From positions 1-5,562 of the forward strand of contig NZ_MKGN01000005.1 of NCBI RefSeq assembly GCF_002682985.1: DNA of 5,562 bases, written 5' to 3'. The position numbers and the translations under genes are program-made. A model generated the notes under the pieces. It did not search any database. It worked only from the letters and a program-made list of their open reading frames with translations, and was not told the DNA's origin. This DNA comes from Candidatus Tremblayella phenacoccinincola (GTDB taxonomy: Bacteria; Pseudomonadota; Gammaproteobacteria; Burkholderiales; Burkholderiaceae). Position 1 is the stretch's first letter; the number at the start of each line of letters is the position of its first letter. Below are positions 1 through 5,404 of this stretch, piece after piece.

Positions 1-45
1 TAATGAGCTGCTTAGATAGTTCTTTGGGGGAACCCTATTGGTAGT

Positions 46-59
46 TAGCTATATAGCTA
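46..59. repeat. Perfect 14-nt palindrome tagctatatagcta (5-bp stem, 4-nt loop hairpin potential)
   Basis: Read directly: the reverse complement of 46-59 equals itself. It lies inside the tmRNA-like flank. Confidence 0.6.
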
Positions 60-169
60 GAAGGAGGAGGGTAGTAGTAGTTATTAGGCATATCTATATT
101 ACTCCCTTCTCTAACATATTTAGATGAAGCTACTGATGCTTCTATTAAGAACATCTTCTTCAGGCTCTC

Positions 170-223
170 AACCCATAGACCACAACCCAAGAGACATCCA
201 AACCCAAGGAGAGCTGGAACCCA
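170..223 (+). repeat. Four spaced copies of AACCCA (TGGGTT on the minus strand)
   Basis: AACCCA at 170-175, 184-189, 201-206 and 218-223, with start-to-start spacing 14, 17, 17. Copies 2 and 3 extend to AACCCAAG. The spacings are not multiples of 3, so this is not a peptide repeat. Confidence 0.55.
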
Positions 224-274
224 TGCTAACTATAGAATACTTCCTCTTTGTAGTGGTTCTAAACAGTCTTTGTG

Positions 275-892
275 TTAACGCTGTGCTAATACGTGATCCA
301 CTAACCCATAGCTAACTGCTTCTTCAGGCGTTAAGAAGTAATCTCGCTCAGTATCTCTTTTTATTGATTCAACTTCCATGCCAGTATGTATAGAAAGTAA
401 ACCATTTAAACGAGCTCTTATCTTTATTATCTCTTTTGCTTGTATTTCAATATCAGTAGCTTGTCCATGAAAACTACCAAGAGGCTGGTGTATCATAATT
501 CGAGAGTTGGGTAAACAAAAGCGTTTACCATTAGTACCTGCGGCTAATATAAAGGCTGCCATTGAAGAAGCTTGTCCCATACAAAGCGTATTCACATTTG
601 GTTTTATAAACTGCATAGTATCATATATTGTCATACCTGAAGTAATAATGCCTCCAGGTGAGTTAATATAAAGGTAAACATCTTTTATTGGGTTTTCTGC
701 TTCTAAATACAATAGCTGTGCAGTAACTAAGTTAGCCATATAGTCTTCTAGTTGTCCAGTAACGAATATTATACGCTCCTTTAACAAACGAGAATATATA
801 TCATAAGAACGGTCTCCCCTTGGTGTTTGTTCGATAACCATAGGCATAAACTTCAATAGATTAGTCTTTAGGTTCTTTAGTATATATTGCAT
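275..892 (-). CDS. clpP: ATP-dependent Clp protease proteolytic subunit ClpP
   Basis: 205-aa ORF nearly colinear with E. coli ClpP ([96 protein letters not shown]). Catalytic triad contexts are kept: GQASSMAAF (Ser), IMIHQP (His), DTERD (Asp). TAA stop at 277-275. The start at 892 gives a leader about as long as the E. coli propeptide. Alternative Met codons at 847 and 841 cannot be excluded. Confidence 0.95.
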   Translation of the reverse strand: MQYILKNLKTNLLKFMPMVIEQTPRGDRSYDIYSRLLKERIIFVTGQLEDYMANLVTAQLLYLEAENPIKDVYLYINSPGGIITSGMTIYDTMQFIKPNVNTLCMGQASSMAAFILAAGTNGKRFCLPNSRIMIHQPLGSFHGQATDIEIQAKEIIKIRARLNGLLSIHTGMEVESIKRDTERDYFLTPEEAVSYGLVDHVLAQR

Positions 893-955
893 AATATTAT
901 AAACCCCCCCTCTCTTATAGTTAGGTTAGAGAAGCTATTAAAACCTAGGAATAAT
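893..955. promoter_or_regulatory. 63-bp divergent clpP/serS spacer (both 5' UTRs, presumably bidirectional promoter region)
   Basis: It lies between the clpP ATG (892, minus) and the serS ATG (956, plus). It contains a C7 run at 904-910 (GAGGGGGGG on the clpP strand, SD-like but 11-14 nt from the ATG). A possible serS promoter, TTAGGT 868-873, 16 nt, CATAAT 890-895, lies partly inside clpP, but such hexamers occur easily by chance in AT-rich DNA. Confidence 0.3.
947..950 (+). promoter_or_regulatory. Shine-Dalgarno (AGGA) for serS
   Basis: aggaataatATG: AGGA sits 5 nt upstream of the ATG at 956. This supports the internal start over the ORF-track start at 887. Confidence 0.5.
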
Positions 956-2209
956 ATGTTAAGTCCATTCTTGTTACGCAATAGTCTTAACCTAACTGCT
1001 AATAAACTAATACGTAGAAGCCACTTATTAAATATAAAAGCTATAGATGAACAAGAATATCGTAGTAAGCTACTTCAAACAGAAACATCCTATATACTGG
1101 CTATAAAGAATATAAGAGCTAATTCCATAGGATATAATAAACCAAAAGGAAAGGAAGTTACTTTGGCTTTAAAAGAATCTAATGAGATAGACGCGTCTAT
1201 AAAAGCCGTAAACTACGTACTAAACAATATAAAAGAATATCTATATAGCTATAGGTTACTAATACCTAATATACCTGAAGAAGATATACAACAAGAAGAT
1301 ACAGAGACTGTAATATGGAACGCTCCTACTAACTATAGTTTTAATATACGTAGCCATATAGAACTAGGAAAGCTAACTAAAACCATTGACTTTCCTAGCG
1401 CAGCAAGAATAGTAGGTTCTAACTTTGTAGTAATAAGTGGTAGCCTAGCTAGTCTATATCGGATATTAGCCCAACTTACGATAGCTATACATACTGATTC
1501 CCATATCTATAAAGACCAATGTTTACCATATTTAGTTAGCTATGAGTCTATGTTAGGATCTGGACAGCTGCCAAGATTTAGTAAAGAGGTATTTCATATT
1601 AATGAATCTAATAAGCTGCTTATACCAACTGGAGAAGTGCCTTTAATTAACTTAATAAGGAACCTAATTACTGATGAAGAGGCATTACCAATAAAGCTAG
1701 TAGCATATACTCCATGCTTTCGCTATGAAGTTGGTTCATATGGAAAAGAATCTCAAGGACTGCTAAGACTACACCAGTTTGATAAAGTAGAACTAATACA
1801 AGCAGTTAACCCAGTCTCTTCTATGCAAGCTCTTGAGGAAATAACATATCATGCGGAGAAGGCATTACAACTATTAAGCTTACCATATAGAAAGCTATAT
1901 CTATCCGGGAAAAACCTTAGCTTTTCAGCTTGTAAATCTTATGACTTAGAAGCCTGGCTACCGTCTCAAACCATATATAAAGAAGTAGCTTCTTGTTCAA
2001 ATACTAGCGACTTTCAGGCTCGTCGTATATTAGCCCGCTTTCGAAATAAGAACTATAAAAAGACATGCCTATTACATTTACTAAATGGTTCTGGTTTAGC
2101 CGTAGGAAGAGTATTAGTAGCTATATTAGAAACATATCAAACAAAAGAAGGTAGAATAAAAGTACCTGAACTACTAAGGAAACATATGTATAATATTGAC
2201 TATATATAG
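956..2209 (+). CDS. serS: Seryl-tRNA synthetase (class II), 417 aa
   Basis: From Met-24 of the tracked ORF the protein reads MLSPFLLRN...ANKL, matching the E. coli SerRS N-terminus MLDPNLLRN...AEKL. It stays colinear through the coiled-coil arm and core: GSNFVV, LPYLV, GSGQLPRF, LIPTGEVPL.NL, motif 2 TPCFRYEVGSYGKESQGLLRLHQFDKVE, LSLPYRK, YDLEAWLPSQ, SCSN..DFQARR, motif 3 LNGSGLAVGRVLVAILETYQ. TAG stop at 2207-2209. The extra 23 codons from 887 have no homology and overlap the clpP start. Confidence 0.93.
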   Translation: MLSPFLLRNSLNLTANKLIRRSHLLNIKAIDEQEYRSKLLQTETSYILAIKNIRANSIGYNKPKGKEVTLALKESNEIDASIKAVNYVLNNIKEYLYSYRLLIPNIPEEDIQQEDTETVIWNAPTNYSFNIRSHIELGKLTKTIDFPSAARIVGSNFVVISGSLASLYRILAQLTIAIHTDSHIYKDQCLPYLVSYESMLGSGQLPRFSKEVFHINESNKLLIPTGEVPLINLIRNLITDEEALPIKLVAYTPCFRYEVGSYGKESQGLLRLHQFDKVELIQAVNPVSSMQALEEITYHAEKALQLLSLPYRKLYLSGKNLSFSACKSYDLEAWLPSQTIYKEVASCSNTSDFQARRILARFRNKNYKKTCLLHLLNGSGLAVGRVLVAILETYQTKEGRIKVPELLRKHMYNIDYI

Positions 2210-2224
2210 CTAGAAGCATGTGTC

Positions 2225-4144
2225 TTAGTTAATATAAACCATATCTGCTATATATAGGTATGTGGCTTTTAAGTTATTCAATAAGGTTAGCCTATTATTA
2301 CGTATTTGTTTGGGGTTATCTATAATGTAAACCCTCTTAAAAAGATCACATATAGACTTAGCTAGCTTTATTAGAAGTAATGAGGTTTCTGATAAGCTTA
2401 AACTATATAATAAATAGGATATCCTTTTGTTAATAACTATAAACTGCTTATAGATATTAACTTCTTCAGAGCTCCTTAGTAAATACATATTAACTTTAGA
2501 ACTATTGTTAATATAGCTAAGCTTTATAATAATATTTGTTAGTCTCTTATTAGCTTCTATAATATACCTAATGTTCTTAAGCTTTTGAAGATGCTTTAAC
2601 AAACATATTCGGCTGTGTATATTTAAAGGATATTCTATAGATAAGTCTAAAACAGAGCATATAGTATTACTATTATATCCTAAAGACTGGTACCATCCTT
2701 TTAGCTTCTTAATATAAAAAGCAACTATAATATATGTTAGACTCTTGTTAACTAAGGTATTCCCATATGTGCTAGCTGACTTCTTTATAAGTTCTTTTAG
2801 GTTTAATATTAGCTTATATTCTATTACTATTCGTAAGATACCTATAATAAGACGCTTTGAACTATAAGGATCTTTATTGCCCTTAGGAACCCCATTAACA
2901 CCTATTAACCCAATAATATTATCAGCTTTATCAGAAATACCTACTGAGCAGCCTACTAAAGTTGTTGGTAGCATGTCATTTGAAAGACGAGGACTATATT
3001 GTTCCATCAAAGCTAATGACACTTCTTTAGGTTCGTTATCATGATTAGTATGGTGCATACCTACATATCCATATATCTCTTTAAACTCATAAACCAGCTT
3101 TGTAGCTAAGTCACATTTAGATAACAACCCAGCACGAGATGAATATATATGGTTAGCTCCTATATGTTGAGAAACCCAACTTGATATATGCTCTAACCTG
3201 TGGTTCTTTTCCCTCAAGGTGCCTAAGCTTTTCTCAAACACTATATCATTTAAAGCTGGAGTGAGCTGTTCTAAGCATATATATCGGTCCTTATATATAT
3301 AATATAAAGCGTCTACTAAACGGGACCTTATTGCCTTTTGGCTATCGCTAATAACTTTAGAATATCTAGTTGGTATTATGTTACTAACAGCTATATAATA
3401 TGGTAATAGCTTTAGGTTATGGTTATGTTTATCCAGATAGGTTGTCTCATATAATGGTAAATACTTTTGACTAGCTTTAATAATAAATACTAATAGCTCT
3501 TTAGGTATTATTAAAAAGCTTTTATTAAAAGAACCTATATATACTGTAGTCCATTCTACCATGCTTGTTACTTCTGTCAAAAGAATAGAGTCTAGCTTAA
3601 CAAGTCCTTTAGGTTTAGCTATGCTATTAACTTTATCATGAACTACCTTTAACCGTAAGGAATAGTCAGTTAATACTTTCCCTTTTTCTAATAATAACTT
3701 TAAATAGCTATTTGCATGGTTAATACAAATCCTTTTAGATCCTATATGTCTATGGCCGTTTACGAATCTATTGGAACTAACACCTAGTATAGAACCAGTC
3801 ATTAGCTTATTATTTAGTAATATAGTTAAAGTATGTAAAGGACGTATAAACTTAAAGGCTTTCTCATATACATTCCAGTTCATTGATTTAAAAGAAGTAA
3901 AAGCTTTTAAAGAGCTATATATTATACCATATAGGCCTGTATATATATTAGGACTTGGTTTAGATATCTTATTAGCTTTTAATACTAGCTTACGCGGTGT
4001 ATATATAACAGATAGGCTTCCATATATAATATATATACTAGATAACTCTTTTCTAATAACATCCATAAAAGACTGTGCTATGTTTAATATTATATTATAT
4101 GGTAACTCTTCTAACCCAAAAGCTACTATAAAGTCATAGGTCAT
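2225..4144 (-). CDS. glyS: Glycyl-tRNA synthetase beta subunit (tetrameric alpha2beta2 type), 639 aa
   Basis: Colinear with E. coli GlyS: G.EELP near the N-terminus, FIRPLHTLT.LL, RGHR-like NGHRH, EKGKV..DY, VEW, QKY.P, LGTLREK, RAGLLSKCDL.T..V.EF, HD-domain GMHHTNHD, EQY.PR, KGNKDP, NRLTLL...ADM at the C-terminus. Strongly Ile/Lys/Asn/Tyr-enriched. TAA stop at 2227-2225. The ATG at 4144-4142 overlaps the glyQ stop. Confidence 0.93.
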   Translation of the reverse strand: MTYDFIVAFGLEELPYNIILNIAQSFMDVIRKELSSIYIIYGSLSVIYTPRKLVLKANKISKPSPNIYTGLYGIIYSSLKAFTSFKSMNWNVYEKAFKFIRPLHTLTILLNNKLMTGSILGVSSNRFVNGHRHIGSKRICINHANSYLKLLLEKGKVLTDYSLRLKVVHDKVNSIAKPKGLVKLDSILLTEVTSMVEWTTVYIGSFNKSFLIIPKELLVFIIKASQKYLPLYETTYLDKHNHNLKLLPYYIAVSNIIPTRYSKVISDSQKAIRSRLVDALYYIYKDRYICLEQLTPALNDIVFEKSLGTLREKNHRLEHISSWVSQHIGANHIYSSRAGLLSKCDLATKLVYEFKEIYGYVGMHHTNHDNEPKEVSLALMEQYSPRLSNDMLPTTLVGCSVGISDKADNIIGLIGVNGVPKGNKDPYSSKRLIIGILRIVIEYKLILNLKELIKKSASTYGNTLVNKSLTYIIVAFYIKKLKGWYQSLGYNSNTICSVLDLSIEYPLNIHSRICLLKHLQKLKNIRYIIEANKRLTNIIIKLSYINNSSKVNMYLLRSSEEVNIYKQFIVINKRISYLLYSLSLSETSLLLIKLAKSICDLFKRVYIIDNPKQIRNNRLTLLNNLKATYLYIADMVYIN

Positions 4145-5067
4145 TATATTAGTCCTCTTTTTGGAAACCCAACTGTCTTTCGGTAGCTATAATACCTTTT
4201 AGATATTTCTTTTACTAATGAGCGTATACACATTATGTGTGACTTCCTTTCAGTAGTTGCTAATGTATTACGAGCATCTAATAGGTTAAATATATGAACA
4301 GCTTTTAAAACATATTCATAAGCAACATCTAATAATATCTTAGTATGCTTTAAGATCTTTTGAACCTCTTTTATATGTAGCTCAAATAAACTAAACAACA
4401 GGCTTAAGTTTGTATATTCAAAACTATATATTGAATGTTCTAGCTCTCTTTTTAGAAACATGTCTCCATATGAAACATAACCAAAAAGACCATTACTCCA
4501 CGAAATGGCATATATATTGTTAACTCCTTGAATATACATAGCTAACCGTTCTAAACCATATGTAATCTCTGTGGTTACAGGGTTAGAGGTTAATCCACCA
4601 ACATGCTGGAAATAGGTGAGCTGTGTAACTTCCATCCCATTAAGCCATACCTCCCAACCTATACCCCAAGTCGCTAGTGTTGGGTTCTCCCAGTTATCAT
4701 CTACAAACCTAAGGTCATTATATCTTAAATCAATGTTTAAAGACTCTATCGACTTTATATAGATATCTTGTATATCTTTTGGGGTTGGTTTTATGATAAC
4801 TTGAAGCTGATAATAGTGTTGTAGTCGAGATGTAGGCTTTCCATATCTACCATCACTAGGTCTACGTGAAGATTGAGTATATGCTATTGCAATTGGTTCA
4901 GGACCAATAGCATTTAATAAACACATAGGATGCGAAGTACCAGCTCCAACTTCTATATCTATTGGTTGAATTAGTATACATCCATTCATTGTCCAATATC
5001 TTTGAAGACGAGCTATTAGATCTTGAAAGGAAATAGGTACTCTATTTTTATTAAGACTCTTTTCCAT
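4144..5067 (-). CDS. glyQ: Glycyl-tRNA synthetase alpha subunit, 307 aa
   Basis: Very close to E. coli GlyQ over the full length: FQ.LI..LQ.YW...GC...QP.D.EVGAGTSHP, LGPEP.A.AY.Q.SRRP.DGRYG....RLQHYYQ.QV.IKP.P..IQ..Y, DIRFVEDNWENPTL.AWG.GWEVWLNGMEVTQ.TYFQ.VGG, ITYGLERLAMYIQGV, FNLLDAR, GFP. TAA stop at 4146-4144. Confidence 0.96.
   Translation of the reverse strand: MEKSLNKNRVPISFQDLIARLQRYWTMNGCILIQPIDIEVGAGTSHPMCLLNAIGPEPIAIAYTQSSRRPSDGRYGKPTSRLQHYYQLQVIIKPTPKDIQDIYIKSIESLNIDLRYNDLRFVDDNWENPTLATWGIGWEVWLNGMEVTQLTYFQHVGGLTSNPVTTEITYGLERLAMYIQGVNNIYAISWSNGLFGYVSYGDMFLKRELEHSIYSFEYTNLSLLFSLFELHIKEVQKILKHTKILLDVAYEYVLKAVHIFNLLDARNTLATTERKSHIMCIRSLVKEISKRYYSYRKTVGFPKRGLI
4153..4158 (-). promoter_or_regulatory. 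Shine-Dalgarno (AGAGGA) for glyS, embedded in the last codons of glyQ
   Basis: The minus strand reads aaAGAGGActaatatAATG. AGAGGA sits 8 nt upstream of the glyS ATG, within glyQ codons K-R-G-L-I-stop. Confidence 0.5.
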
Positions 5068-5075
5068 TGGGTTTA

Positions 5076-5079
5076 TCCT
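5076..5079 (-). promoter_or_regulatory. Shine-Dalgarno (AGGA) for glyQ
   Basis: The minus strand reads gatAGGAtaaacccaATG, giving 8-nt spacing to the ATG at 5067. Confidence 0.45.
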
Positions 5080-5089
5080 ATCAGAATAT

Positions 5090-5371
5090 ATGTACTACTT
5101 AGAAACAATGGATTCTTTAGCTACCATAGAACCCATATATAAAGAGCTAGCATTAACAAAAGGTTGGACCATATCTATAATAGCTGTTCTAATACAAAAG
5201 ATATCTATAAGCCTAAATATAACTGTATGTAATATAGCTATGCTATTAAGAATATGTATATTAGGAAAAGCTGAATCACCAGGCATATCTCAAGTCATAA
5301 CCATATTTAATAAAGAACTCCTACTAAGTCGTATAAAAAAGGTAACTACAATGATTAAGTATATCTATTGA
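5090..5371 (+). pseudogene. gltX: Glutamyl-tRNA synthetase C-terminal fragment only (5'-truncated gltX remnant, or a stand-alone anticodon-binding-end ORF of 93 aa)
   Basis: The ORF aligns end-to-end with the last ~100 residues of bacterial GluRS. MYYLE matches RYFYED. KGWT...IQ matches DWT...IQ. IAMLLRICILGKAESPGISQVITIFNKELLLSRIKKV matches the GluRS C-terminal signature [35 protein letters not shown] (L-R-[IV]-x-[ILV]-x-G-x3-S-P-x-[IL]...K-[ET]-x3-R-[IL]). The frame is closed by TGA at 5024-5026 and everything upstream is antisense glyQ, so the ~370-aa catalytic part cannot be encoded here. No SD precedes the ATG at 5090. TGA stop at 5369-5371. Confidence 0.6.
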
Positions 5372-5374
5372 GAC

Positions 5375-5404
5375 AGCTGTTAGTTTAGTCTATATATAAC
5401 AGCT
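5375..5404 (+). terminator. Hairpin 4 nt after the gltX-fragment stop (8-bp stem agctgtta/taacagct, 14-nt loop); weak terminator candidate
   Basis: Perfect pairing of 5375-5382 with 5397-5404, checked base by base. Only 3 G-C pairs, a large loop and no following T-tract, so function is doubtful. Confidence 0.25.

Larger units (their letters stand above)
1..274 (+). ncRNA. ssrA: tmRNA (ssrA)-like RNA, partial. The window opens at the tandem stop codons of the tag reading frame; the 3' boundary is unresolved.
   Basis: nt 1-17 taatgagctgcttagat is 14/17 identical to the E. coli ssrA segment TAATAACCTGCTTAGAG (tandem stops ending the tag ORF plus the 3' strand of helix 5). nt 186-222 cccaagagacatccaaacccaaggagagctggaaccc aligns on the same strand and in the same order with the E. 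coli pseudoknot-2 segment ATCAAGAGAGGTCAAACCCAAAAGAGATCGCGTGGAAGCCC (shared blocks CAAGAGA, TC, AAACCCAA, GAGA, TGGAA, CCC). There is no credible ORF. Hand-counted G+C is 97/240 (40%) for nt 1-240 versus 27-30% in sampled glyS stretches, as expected for a structured RNA in an AT-rich genome. Local hairpins lie at 46-59, 126-142 and 147-160, with a long-range pairing 164-169/209-214. Against: no T-arm, acceptor strand or CCA was found before or just inside clpP, and the two matched blocks are about 130 nt further apart than in E. coli. Confidence 0.5.

Noticed and set aside
24-41. GGGGAACC similarity to the 16S 3' helix-45 region (GTAGGGGAACCTGCGGTTGG)
   Set aside because: Only an 8-mer matches. 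No CCTCC anti-SD follows on this strand; instead the complementary AAGGAGG is present. The stem is only 3 bp.
50-63. Exact 14-mer tatatagctagaag shared with 2203-2216 (the serS stop region)
   Set aside because: My rough expectation for one such AT-rich 14-mer match within 5.5 kb of this composition is about 0.5. There is no extended similarity on either side.
124-315. 63-aa plus-strand ORF (MKLLMLLLRTSSS...)
   Set aside because: It has no SD and no recognisable homology. It lies in the tmRNA-like non-coding flank and its last 41 nt run antisense into the clpP 3' end. Its length is at the noise threshold.
319-338. Hairpin cttctt/aagaag with an 8-nt loop
   Set aside because: It lies inside the clpP coding sequence (codons for ..TPEEA..). 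It is explained by the GAA-GAA codons and is not a terminator.
887-955. 23-codon N-terminal extension of serS as given by the ORF track ([23 protein letters not shown])
   Set aside because: SerRS homology begins exactly at the Met at 956 (MLSPFLLRN versus MLDPNLLRN). An AGGA sits 5 nt upstream of 956. The 887 ATG overlaps the clpP start codon on the other strand and has no SD.
3771-4139. 122-aa plus-strand ORF antisense to the 5' part of glyS
   Set aside because: It lies entirely inside a well-supported glyS reading frame, has no homology I recognise and no SD. It is a typical shadow ORF opposite a codon-biased AT-rich gene.
5095-5286. 63-aa minus-strand ORF antisense to the gltX fragment
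   Set aside because: The opposite strand carries the GluRS C-terminal signature. This frame has no homology or SD and is at minimal length.
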